Shown here: piece after piece, positions 49,638-62,612 of the stretch
How positions within the stretch are numbered: the stretch's first letter is position 1
Layout: each line of letters opens with the position of its first letter
Assembly (NCBI GenBank): GCA_002633005.1
Contig: NMRA01000948.1
Coordinates: 3,629 to 67,628, forward strand
Origin: Phoronis australis
Lineage: Eukaryota > Animalia > Phoronida
Direction: 5' to 3'
DNA: 64,000 nt
Notes under the pieces: generated by a model
Database searches by the model: none
What the model saw: the letters and a program-made list of their open reading frames with translations, nothing else
What the model was told of the DNA's origin: nothing
Translations under genes and position numbers: made by a program

Positions 49638-52600
49638 AGCACAGCAACAGAAGAGAGAAAAGGCAATCAGTCAACCGATTAATATGTATATTTGAAGTTT
49701 GGTCCCATGTCCTATCAGAATGCTTGTCGTTTTTTGACAAAAACGGCGATATTTACGCACTGAAGCTGTTGTGTTAATACATTATATTTCTATGCTTTTT
49801 AGCTCTGTATCACTCTACACTCTTATTTCTCTTGCTCCAATTCACAGACGTGATGTTTCTGGGTATTGGGTTCCCCTTGTTGTAAGGTTTAGATATATAT
49901 GAGCCACTTTTTTCATTCTGGATTATTAGCAGCTGTGGATCTGATGAGGAAAGTTAAGTGATATTACTGAAATCGTAGAAATCTCAAAATCACAATTCAG
50001 CTGAAGACCAGGCCGCAACCACCAAACTTTATTTCAGACTCGCTCGATTTGAAAGTGGACCAATGAAACAGCAGAACATTTGGAAGTTTACAAAAAGCAC
50101 GTCACACGATTGGTCACAAGTAAAGTTTGGTGATTACGTGCCCAAATGTTTGAAGCATAAGTGTGGTTTTATAATTGCTCATGGATAAGATATCAACCTC
50201 TGGCTTTCTTAGAGCATTTATAGGTCCACCGCAGACCGGGAGAGCTACAGGCTTAGCTGTCTGTCTCAAGTAAAGGATAGCTGAGGTGACAGCTCATGTC
50301 AGGAGGGAAAAATAGAACAATTGAACGAAATAGCCACAAATTATCAATTGTTCAGGATTTGGTGTGACCTGCAGCTGGGCTGTTGTTTATTTGAGGTCGA
50401 AAGTTCATCTTATGACTCTAGTCTATGTTGGACCTGATGTTAGCATTTACCTAAAGGAAATGAAAGTTCTTGGTAGCAATTAGCTTACGGTAATTCTTTG
50501 TGCATTTAGAACAAAAAAGTCCAGCACGCATGATTCGACTTTTGTTGTTGCTAAGAAATTGAACCATGTGCACTGATTCGTGGCAAAATCACAACTTGTC
50601 GGGAAGTATTAAATGTTTGATCGAAAAAAATTTTGTCGCGGCTTGTTGTACACCATGTGTGCTTAATGCCCATTATTTGTCAAGAATAAGGTCAAACTCA
50701 GGATTTCGGTTGTAATGAAAAAAATAACTTGCTGCCATTCTTGAGCTGGACATGACAAGTATGCTCTATGTCGTATCCTAGTTCCTTATCCCAGTGTTTT
50801 ATCATTTTGATAATTTTACTCTAAGACGATGTGAATGTCTCCGTCTCACGCCTCCGTCTCGATAAAAATAGTGTGTGTGTTGGTTCAATTGCCACAATTT
50901 GTCTCTTGATAAAAAATCGTGCGGCCCCCCAACAAAAATTGTATCGTGTTAAAGTAAAAGACAATATGCCACGAGACAGAAGTGCCGTCAAAAGGTAAAA
51001 TTTCACTTTAATAACCAGAAGTGTCTGGTAAAAGCAGTGTCCTGATTAACAGACAAGTAAGTATGGACCTTTAAAATCGAACATATCAGCAGAACAGAGA
51101 TCCGAGACCAAAATGTATTGCCCCGCCCACTTTACAGAATATCCTTTCCCAGCAAGAAACTCTAGTCTATCAAAACCCCCGTTACACCTCCCCATTCCTT
51201 TACGTCTCTGTGGCAAGAGACATCGAAATCATAGCTGCTTCTATTTCTTAAATTCCAGATTGTGTAGTTGATTCGCACTTTCAAGTGAATACGTACGTTG
51301 CATGTCGAGGCCTCTAGAGATATCTCCACCAGGAGAGGATTTATCTTTTTCCGTTGCAGGGGGTTCTCAACTCTGTAGTTTTATGCACCTATTTTCAGAG
51401 CAGATATGATGGTAGTTTAAGTGTGACATCATGCTTTACACTGAGACACTGAAACTTATGAAACACAGGAGTCATGTTGGTGTGAAAGCTGACATTTGTT
51501 GCAATACATATGGAATTTCAAATGTTGTGCTTTAGACATGTGTAATACCTCAAACGTATTCAGTTTATTCCTAGGTTTTTCTCCGAGTCTGAAATTAGCG
51601 ACAATGTAAGTACCCTACTATTTTTGATGCTATAGTACGTAGAATATCACCAGTTTTTATGCCGTCTGTATGCCTCTGTCTTGGTTATCAACGAATTTGA
51701 TCTTTAGTTTTTGTCTGCAATTTGCACATTTTTGTAATAATTCACTGTTTACATGGGTGATACTTAGTTATAGTAGTTGGTGTGTGTGTGTAACTATATT
51801 TTTAGCAATTTAGTATTATATGGTGAACTATTTTATACTGTATTTGGCCTATACAATAGTTGGTGTTTGTAATTATATTTTTAGCAATTTAGTTTTGTTC
51901 AGAACTATTTTATCCTGTACTTGGCCTATTCGCCCACATGTGTCTGCAATAAAGTTTATCTAATCATATCGCAAACAGTGCCTGTTCTACAGCCTCTACT
52001 ACAGCAGTAGGCAAGTACACAACATCCCCCTCCCCCGCAATAAGTTTATCTGTGTTAAGAGCGGTCCACAGACAGACTTCCCTAGAACAAGCTAACTCTT
52101 GGAACGAGTTGTCGCTAGGTTTTCAGGTTGTCTGGAGGCTATTTTCCCAATTGTAACGACTTACTCTGTGAGCAACATAGTGTCCAAGCTGACTGTAAAC
52201 ATTTGCAACCTGTGAGGGACACTGCTAAGGCTATGAATATAGTATTAGCCACTGAGAATTTTGCCCTTCATTTGCACCCCAGCAAACTGCCAAATGGAAG
52301 CCGGGAGAATTTTATGGAGGGCCATGGCCCCCTTGGCCCCCCTCTAAATCTGCCACTGACATCAAAATACTTTGTGTACTAAACAATATTTTAAATGCAT
52401 TCTTAGTTTTCACTTTAAACTGAAAAATATCTGATTACCATACTTTATGTTACGGCAGGGTCAAATGTTCTGGAAAGAAATTTGTACTACCTAGGGGAAG
52501 AATCCCACAGCCGCACAACTTAATTACCTACTAAAATCTGACGGGTGACAGAAATTCTGCTTGAAGCTTTGAACACGGTCTCTTCAGGAAGTATTCCTGT

Positions 52601-53269
52601 CTCTTGCGATGAACACTCGATCGGATCACTCTTAGGTGTACATGTAGCTATTTCCCCTAGGCGTTTCCCACTAGCTGCTACCCGTGCGAAAGCATGGGTC
52701 ACGGCTAGTGGGAGCTTAAAACCGAAACTTTGAAACTTTCAGCATTAGGCGTTAAGCAGAACACGTCAGTTTACCCAAACAAGTATGTTATACCTATAGA
52801 CAATTTTGAAATCCAGCTAAAAACCCTTGCAAAGACGTGCAGAAATCATTTGACAGACAAAAACACCCACGGAAACGCAAACCATGGGGGTTCTCCCATT
52901 GGAAGGGTGAGCAAAAATGTTCAGTCAAGAATAGTGTACGTCTTTTTGATATGACAGTTCCTCTCAAACAAAAGTGTAACAGGAGCGCCCCCTAATGATG
53001 AGTCCTCTGCTGCACTGTTTGGTATTTCCACCTCATATCAGTCTCGTGGTGGTGTTGGGTTCCTGGACATGATCAAATTTGGCCATAGTATGGATAAAGC
53101 TTAAGGAACGTTGGGCCTCACTGCATCACATTCATGCTGGTGGGTCAGTTTTAGACTTAAGACTTTCTGTTACACAGCTTGCAGTTGCACTGATACAACC
53201 AAATGACGTTTTGCTTTTCATCCATCAACCATAATATGTGATCATAAAATACAACATGTAATCGTGACA

Positions 53270-53430
53270 GGATGAATGTTCATACCTGCCACCGTTACAT
53301 AGCATAGGGGATGAATGTTCATACCTGGCACCGTTACATAGCATAGGGGATGAATGTTCATACCTGGCACCGTTACATAGCATAGGGGATGAATGTTCAT
53401 ACCTGGCACCGTTACATAGCATAGGGGATG
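53270..53430. repeat. 39-bp minisatellite, 4 copies
   Basis: Unit ggatgaatgttcatacctggcaccgttacatagcatagg. Confidence 0.95.
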
Positions 53431-56400
53431 GAGCAGTGAAAATCATGAGCAATAAGCCAACATTGAAAGACAGTGGACAAGATTTACCAGCTATTTACAG
53501 TGCCTCCTCGCAAGTAACTGCCATCAGGTGGTGTTGGATAACCACCAAGGACCACACACTGGCAAACATATGACACAAACCCTCCCGCCAGTACCGAGAC
53601 AAAGGGCCCACAACGGGCTTGAAAACTAGGTCCGCAAACACTAACAGGTTGCCGATAGGTAACTACTCTAACCCTCACCATCTTTTCAATTTCCCACTGC
53701 AGTCAATTGGTTGGTTTTCAAGCCCCAAAAATCTGATAATGGCTTGGAATCCACCTCAATGATTATCACATGTTTAAGGTCTGAAAACCAACCTACTGAC
53801 CTCCTTGATGGTCAGGTAGTAAAGCACCACATCATATTTTACGACTTGCTTATAAATACAGAGGCTCACAGTCACAAAGCACCAGGCTGGAAGTCAAATA
53901 CCCGTAATGAAACAAGCCTGTGATGGAATCTCTGCTTAGTTGGCTCCTATCCCAGCATTGTCGGAATAAAGGCATAATATAACGTTCATAGGCAGGTAGC
54001 ACAGAGAGGGGTACCATTTCTCAATACAATGGTATAAATTCGGGCTGCTTTTTCCCATTTTGGAATAAATTTGGGGAGTCGTTTTAAATTAAAATAGGTA
54101 CAAAAGGGGGTTGAAAGTCACTATTTTCACTTGACATTATTTTAGTTTGGTAATTCTCTGTATGGTATAAATATCAGCATGATTTTGAATAGGCAGCAAA
54201 ATCAACTAGCAACATCTAATCTTTAGTGACTACTTAAGAAGTCCCTTTGAACCTTATATCAATAGGATTGAAAATTTGTCACAAAATTAGCTCTAGTTAA
54301 AAACATACAGTAATTTCACACCAAAAGAATTGCCAAAATTCCCATTTTCTAATTTATAAGTGAAAAATTATAAATTTCGGAAGTAGGCGATAAGCCAAAT
54401 ACTTGAATTGACCTCGACAAGTATGGTTAAATTTAGAAAAGTGGACATTAGCAAACCTCTTTTTTATTTTGGCAGTCACTAAAAGCCATCTACATTACAT
54501 GTTTTTAAAATCTCATAGTTAACACTAGTGCGTGTGACATGCCTTATTCGCAAGAGATTGACGCCTAAGTTTAGAAACCTCAGCAGCATTTTTCAGAATT
54601 TCCCATGCAAAAATTTGAAACATTTCAATATGTCGCCACAACTTCGTATCCTGCAATGCAACTGAGACACCTTCAGAAAAATGGTGTCAGCTTCATTAAC
54701 AATATCTTTGCGGCTTTAGATTAGAATACGCACCAACCAGACATAAACCATTGAAGTATCCACGGCAACAAGGCATAATTTTTCACTTGCAACCTGCAAG
54801 TACATTTATACTATAGAGAACATCGGCCATGGCATAGGCTTCTGGTGCGTTTGTTTGGCAATTACAAGCTAGGCTTTCGACACATTTGGGCTTTCAATTG
54901 CAGAGAGCACTGATATTTGTACGAAAATAAATTTTGTCTTCTCATCTTTTTTTCTAAATAAGACATGACTAGTCAATCAATGACGGATGATATTTAGTTC
55001 TCAGCTTCTAGATGAATATCTAGTCAGTTAAATTTTATATTTAGTACACATTTGTCTAGAAGCTCTGAGTTGCTGATATGGTAAGTTACTGGAAACCAGA
55101 AGGACCATTCAGAATAATGTCTCATATATCAGATCAGATTCACATGACACTTTCATAAACTAAACTATGTATGCAGCTTTATATCATCAAGGCAGAAATA
55201 CGCTATTAGGAGTTGCTTTAAAATCTTAAAATGTTCCACTTTTACACTAGGGACAATCACAAATAATATAACTTCTATGATTTTCATGAAAAAAATTAAT
55301 GTTGTATAAAAGAAAAATCTTAGAAAACTGCAACAGGATTTTTTAGATCTCGTCTGGAACATTTATATCAAATAAAATCTGATCATGTTATTGATTCTGT
55401 TTTGAAATCAAAGTACTTTTTTGCTAAATTTTAGTAAAAAGACTTGGTCATGTTAGCCAATATTAAATACAGATTGGTAAAATATCAAAAATCAAATTCT
55501 ACAGGCATTCTAATAATAGATATATTTGGTGAAATACACAGATTTGTCAATAAGGTTTTAACTAACCTTAAAATAGTTGAAGCATTCCAGTGCTGCAGTT
55601 ACCACAACAAAATGTGGTGTCCTTAAAATTTTCACTTCATGTTTCTGTATTTCAGAGGCTCAATTTACCACAGATGCAAACTCTCAAAATTTTACTAAAT
55701 ATTGTTTGGTAATGGTTACGCCAAACAAATCATGCTAAAAGCAAAGTAAATTTTCCAGTAAAGTTATTTTTAGAGGAATTTCACCAAATGAAATTTTACC
55801 CATCCGCCACAATTGTGTCCCAAACTGAGTAATGTTTTCCCCTAAAATTCCTCTGAACAGATCAAAAATACCATACTCCCCCTATGAAGCATAATGGATT
55901 GACCTAAATTTGACCCAACCCAACAACCTCTTTTGCAATGCTGACATTGTCCCCTGAAACAGGCTGCGCAGTAAATAAGCCTATAGTTGAGAAATCTGCT
56001 GGATATTAGGACAAAGATATTTTGCTACTCTACCACCATATAGTGGCTTGTCAAGTTTCTATTTTACACACCAGTTTCTACTGAATCCTTCCAAGGTTTA
56101 TACCTCTAAGTCTACCACAGGTAAGTTACTTTTGATCAGTGTAAGTGAACCTGAAGGCTTGTTTAACTGTTAACTGAATACCAAGGCTAATTTCAGCTTA
56201 CTTAAAGGAAATAGGTTTCTACACACAAACACAGGAACATGGACTAATCCTGACCAGTCAATACATCAGCTACTGTGCGTTAGATTAAGGGCAGAGTGCC
56301 CAAGAGCAATGGTGTTCACCATAGGTGCTTGTATACAGAACAGGCAATAGTATAATAAGATATTGCAGAGCAACCTACAAAAGTTAATCCACTCTGCAAA

Positions 56401-57630
56401 CACTATAACTACAGTTCCTTATCAGAAACCTAGACACATGGTCACATGATTGGCCAAAACCTTGATTTGACTCTGCAGTTTTTGCAAATACTATAGCCTT
56501 AAACAGACAGATGTGCTGTTTGCAATGAGTCATTTTCGTCAATATGTAGTTGTTTTTTTCATCACTCATTTCACTGTAAAAGCGGGACTTAGTGTCATGG
56601 GAAACCACATTCACTCTATGCAAACTCCTGAATGCAACACCTACTAGGCATAGTTGAAAGTGTCCAGGCGTGCGTTTTGTAGACCTAGTTTCTAGCGAGA
56701 AAAGCAAGAACTCGCAAGACTTTGCAAGATATCACCTTGTATTGAAAGCAAAGCACACGAGTCTTACTCATGAAGTCGAATTTTGGATGAAAAGCTCAAT
56801 TTCAGCTTATGTTATAAATTTACACTTGACCAAAAATTCTAAGGTGTCTGAGAATTAGATTTTATGTAAAATACACACAAAACCAAAAAAAAACTATTGC
56901 TGAACCCAAAGACTTTGGGTTTGTCAATGAATGGTGATGCGTACTTTGGTAACATGACTTCATTGTTCTAGGGCTATGTCTACACTAATAACTCTGCATT
57001 TTACAAATGAAAGCACTTGATCATGAAACAGTTATTTCAACAATCAATTTTTTACTGGTTTCACATCTTCGTTAATGGTTACATGGGTCCTCCAAGTCCA
57101 CGTACTTAATCAAATATCAACAGAACTATAGAATTCAATTGTGTAAAAATACAAAATTTCAGCTCGTTAAAAGCTTGCAGAATTCTATTTTTACTCAACG
57201 AAGTTGCCAGTAAACGGGTCTCATGACGTTTTTTCTTAAAATTTAAAAACGGTGAAAACAAAAATGGTACATTAATTTTTAAAAAATGGTGTCAACAACA
57301 TGACACAAATTGTAATATGTTCAAACTGTTATCATCTTTTTAGTTATCTTAGTTTCATTTTAATGCAACTTTCGAGTTTTTTCAAGTTCCTATTTTTGAT
57401 AGTCCCGCATGCCAAAATTGAACACTTTAAAAGAATTCCTATTAGTGATTTGGAAAACAGAGCATTACATGATAGTTTGTGAAAGTTTCATTGGAATCCC
57501 AACAGCCAAGATGACCAAACTTGCACATTTTGCCAGGGTTTCGCAAAACCTTAATTTTGTTTCATTTTCTCTTAACCTGTATTTGAGCAATACGTTTCAC
57601 GTTTTCACTGCCGTCCTTTGCTTTTTCAGT

Positions 57631-59722
57631 ATGGAGAATAAGCCACAAACAGATGAACTACCCCCGTCTTATCAACAGAGCTCAGGGGAGCCAGCACCAC
57701 AACCAGCTGGATATCCCTCTAGCCAAGGCTACCCAACTCAGCCGCAAGGATACCCAACCCAACCCCAGGGATACCCAACCCAACCTCAGGGATACCTAAC
57801 TCAACCTCAGGGATACCCTGCCCAACCCCAGGGATACCCACCCCAGGGTCAAGGATATCCACCACAAGGTAAGCAGATCGGAGACTCATAAAAAGATTCT
57901 ATACTGGCAGTTTTTAATTTGCAAATTATGGTTTGTCAGAACAGAAAAGGAAATGTGAACGGAAGAGGGCATTCAAGCAAGCATGCAAACCCCGAAAACA
58001 TTGCAAAGAAAAATAATGACTGCAAATGAAGTGTTTTGAGTGACGTGAAGAGAAACAAACTTTATTTAAAATGCACCTACTGTACAAGACGGAAGTGATC
58101 AGACAAAATACCATTTCCCCGCCATGACGACTAATTCTGTTATCAACAAAAATGACTGGTTATAATTATTCAGACAACAAAATTCTAATTGCAGTATCTA
58201 TCAAGTCGCTTTCCCATTAAAAGCAAAACTTTGCTTTTGCAGAAGTTTCGTTAAGTGCATGAGAACTCTGGCAGTTAATCTGCAAGCGAAACTTCACTTC
58301 AAATAGGATTTAAATGTGAAGCTTCAGTACTCGGCATATCTGATGAAGAATGACTCTGGTCATTTCCATAAACACTCATAAATGGCAGGTAAACAATTTT
58401 CACCTAGCCTCGAACTCACTACTCAATATACACCGAAGTTCCCCTGATGGCAATAAGTCATGAGGAAAGACTAATCAGAGGATGAATTTGGCTTCTGCCC
58501 ACTCGGCATGACGGGGAATTTCGAGTCATTTTGTCCGAATGCTTTTGGCTTGTACTGAAAATCTATATTTCTTTGAATGAAATTGGTAAAACTGTGCGTT
58601 TCAGTGGTTTATGCCCAGCCAGGAGGTATGCCCTCAGTGGCAGCACCGTTGCGCTTCACGCAGAATCCATTACGTATGAAGTGTATGTACTGCGACCAGG
58701 ATATAGTCACCGAGACTCAATTCAAAGTGGGAATGATGAACTGGGCAGTAGCTGGTGGTGTTTGTCTTGCTGGATTAGCCTTGTAAGTAACAGTGGCCAT
58801 TTTATGATATCGTGTAAAAATGCTGAATGAACTGTGTAGTTATACGATAAGAGCGTCGGACATTTTTCATTGCCATACACAGTTCGCCTGTGTCTTCAAT
58901 CGATATTTAATGCAGTGAGGTTTCTTTGCAATAATTCTTACCTATCACCAGGATTTTGAGTGACAGCTTAACTGACTTATCAGAAAGCATCATTCTTGAC
59001 ACACCTTCGTTTCTGTATGTTAGGGAACCAAAGAACTGAGATGACTTGTAAGCATCGCAAGAACTCAATGGATTGACATGGTTTGTGTTCATAATGACAG
59101 TAGATCATAGCTAAAGCGGAAAGCAATGGGTTTACTTGTTGCCTTTAGCAAGAATACAAATCCCCGGTTACTATAGAGATATTTTTCTGTGTAAATTACC
59201 ACTCCCTTGGCATTGATCTCCAATCCACAGAAAGTGGTTCTCTATTCACTCCCATTGAGCAAACACACATGACCGTCAGACACTATTCAATAGCGAGTAC
59301 AGCCCAGGGAATAGGACATAGTGTTTGCAGAATAAAGAAAAAAAACAAAACAAAGATATGGACCTTCAGCTTTTCCGTTCATGTCGCATTCTAATGTCAG
59401 TACAATAGGACAACGGCACCCCTGCTCATTGAAAAACACCCTCCTCTGGTCAAAACTGATTTCGATTTCGCACTTGCAACCAGCTCCGTATTACAAATTG
59501 CCTCCAATTCATTTCTGTTTACCTCAGGGAAACAGGAAGGAAATGAACAGTTGCCTATTGTCAGACCTCGTTATAATTATTTGATCTTAATTGTTTTTAA
59601 GCGTGGGCATCACATGGCTAGGCTGCCAGTTTATACCGCTGTGCATTAATGGACTGAAAGATGTGGAGCATATCTGTCCCAACTGTAAGAAGCTGATAGG
59701 CGTGTATCAGAGGATGTCCTAG
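57631..59722 (+). CDS. LITAF/CDIP1-family protein 3; exons 57631-57868, 58605-58782, 59602-59722 (178 aa)
   Basis: PPSY motif and (QPQGYPT)n heptads; domain NPLRMKCMYC..MNWAVAGGVCLAGLAFVGITWLGCQFIPLCINGLKDVEHICPNCKKLIG; intron phases 1 and 2; the last acceptor is AAG. Confidence 0.92.
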
Positions 59723-61540
59723 ACATGTAATGGGCAGATCCATACTCGACCCACCCTGACACATCATCGCTGAGCCAATGAACGCACAGAGGACTATGAC
59801 AAACTACTGTCCCTTAAAGTCACACGTTGCAATAGAGCCTTCTATATATCCATTTTCAAACATACTAATATGCTCCGAAGTAAGCTCAGCTACCATCAAT
59901 GTAGAAGGACTTTGGATATGATTTTTTATAAGGAGGGGGTCGACTCTTAGGGACAAACATTGGGAGGGCATGAGACTCTTCTGTTACAGAAATTAAAAGT
60001 GACCAACCTGGGGATCCCGAACACTGACCTCCCACTGGATTCATGTCTTTGGAGCCATTGAGAAGTTAGAAGTATCTTTAACAAAGGTCCAACTAAAAAA
60101 TCTATGGCTAGACTTTCTTATTAATTGTAAACATGGCATGAGCCTTTCCTTACATTTCATAAGCATGGTCAAGCTGAAAGCCTGTAATTAGATAACCAAG
60201 TACTTCAAACTATGATAAATCAAGTTTGCATGCACGAGAAAGAGAAACCTTTATTTTATTTCAATTACAGAAGCTACCATTACATATTGCGTGAAACTAC
60301 AAGTACTGTCAACCTGATACAAAATATCTGGAGGCTCCTCCCAGTAAAGTGGCAACCTGACACAAAATATCTGAAAGGGCTCCCCCATCAAAGTGGAGGT
60401 TTTGTTTTCAGGATGGTACGACATGCAGCCGTCAGCTGGGTTTGTTTGTAATGATTTTATATTGTGTACATGGCACTAAACAAATTATGAATTCTTGATA
60501 ATTATACAAATAATGGAAATGTTGACAAATTTCGTATTATCTACATAGTACACACCAGATCCCTTCTAACCCTGCCAACGAAAGAACCCCAGGGGAACAC
60601 ATACGGTTTTACCACGTAATAAACGTCGAGAACCTACAGACTGTGATTATTGTGATTATTTTTATGGAACTGATTACTTCTATCTGTATGTAAATGAACA
60701 AAAAATGAATAAAAATTTATTAAAAAATTTAAGCTGCCTTCTTTGGGTACGAGGTGGAATGGCTTTGGCCATCTGTGTTGCACGTGGTTGATTCAAGAAT
60801 GAATAATTAGTATAACAAGCTACCCTAGAACAAAGTAGTCTTGGCATGTGTTGATGCTAGGTTTTGGTGTAATAACGCATTAGGTCAACGTGTAATAGGG
60901 TACCTTGCCCCAGCACAAGTCGCAGTGTGATTACCTGTTGCAGACCTGCTGTTACATATGTTTCTGGAACAAGGCGGAAGTAATTACGATCAGCGGGGTT
61001 GCTTAGTACATACAATACGGCTGTCTAACCAGGGTTCTCCCTGAGCAAAAATTTAAATGTGCAAAATCCGCATCATGTTTTTTGTATCCCAATTTTCCTT
61101 TTGTGAAATTACAATAACAACTATAGTTTACGCATTATTTTCAGTTGCTGAAGATGTCACAATCATTTTTACTGCAAAGTAATAAAAATAAGTACCACTA
61201 ATTAACACTATTTCAACCATTTGCCTTGCGAAGCAGAAAAAAATCTAACATGGATTGAAAATAGCTCAAGCCTTTTCAAATAAGCTAGGCTCAAGATTTC
61301 TAAACATGAAGCAAAGCATTTCTGTTAGTGTTTGAATACATGCACAGAGAACATTGGTAATCTATTTTGCCCAATATTTGTCACAAGGCACCATAGGTTG
61401 TGCATTGTGGACACTTTGCTGCAAGAAGCTCTGTAGAGGGCAAGTTGTTCAAGCTTGACTCATTGTGTGGAGACTACATAGGGCTGTCCCAAATTACACA
61501 GCAAAACTCGAATCTTGCAGTATTTACCCACAATGCCGTC

Positions 61541-61879
61541 AGGCACATTTGCTGCCTCCTTTTCGTGCCACTGGAGTTTTACACATTATTTGTTGTTGCC
61601 TGATTATTTACGTCAAGTTTTTCTCGGTGGCAATGATACTCTATTCGTCCTTCCAATGCCAACCAAAGTATTACTGGTGTGTCGTGGGCTGCAACTCTGA
61701 CATGAGAAAGTTTGATAAAGTGGATAAATACCCATGGATGCGTAATCTGAAATTCTTTGCCTTCCGGACATCAATGAGACACGAAAATGTGCCTGATTAC
61801 CAAACGAGGTCACATGCTTTCTTATCTCTAGGACAAGCGAAAATTCTATCACCGTGTAATCTTGGAAAACCCTATTGTT
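61541..61879 (+). mobile_element. Degenerate THAP-domain transposon remnant, copy B
   Basis: MPTK then a frameshift to YYWCVVGCNSDMRKFDKVDKYPWMRNLKFFAF; THAP-like N-terminal half without the downstream C/H ligands; homologous to 37390-37671. Confidence 0.6.
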
Positions 61880-62482
61880 GGCGCTTCAATGTATGGTACT
61901 GTAAGCAGTTCACCATAAGTAGTGGTTTGGATAAATCAAGGTCTGAATTGCATTTAGCAAACGTTTTTTCACATGCAGTTCAGCAGTTCATATCCTATAC
62001 CACATTACCTGGGACAACAAATTTTGGTGATCAACAGTTGTGTGCCCACTAAGGAAAGTGTACCTGTGCTATTTTCAAGCCCACAGTATTTTAAGCAGAT
62101 GGTACAATAACTTCTTCATTAACATTAAATATTTTCCTTCTACTGATCCGATTTAAAAATAACATCACAAATATGTTTCTGACAATTTTAACTGATTAAC
62201 AAGAAAATGTTTTTTTTGAATACTATAAAACTCCACTTAAATATTCCGAGGGTTTGAAACAGTGAAATTTTGTTGAAATCAGCATTCGTCAAATCTTTGG
62301 TTTATGACACCCTGGACATTAAAGTACCCAAACCCGCCATTCATCTTAAACATTGTCAGTATCTTTGACCTTTCTTATAGCTCTGCTTATCACAGTTCCA
62401 GAAACTTAGTTTAAAAAATTGGGAAAATCAAAGAGACATATTTCAAGTTCATGTACACCTGAGCTAAACATTTCCATGTGTA

Positions 62483-62612
62483 TCAGGGACGGATCCAGGA
62501 TTTTTTAAAAAGGGGGTCCAAGTCAACAATTTGGAAATGCTAGATATGATATCACTAAAATCAAGGGGAAAAGAACGGTCCGGACCCCCTTGACCCTCTC
62601 GATACGCCTATT
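62483..62612. mobile_element. Short degenerate MITE of the CAGGGGCGGATCCAGG type
   Basis: tcagggacggatccaggattttttaaaaaggggg..ggtccggaccccc..gatacgcc. Confidence 0.4.

Noticed and set aside
52520-52954. Overlapping short ORFs on both strands
   Set aside because: Extension hits stops in the frames tested and no family was recognised; it could be a decayed TE but I cannot support that.
53225-53452. ORF with repeated SSPMLCNGARYEH
   Set aside because: Translation of a 39-bp minisatellite.
61465-62052. 195-aa ORF as an intact THAP gene
   Set aside because: The native ATG (MPTK) is out of frame and the THAP C-terminal C/H ligands are missing, so it is a remnant.
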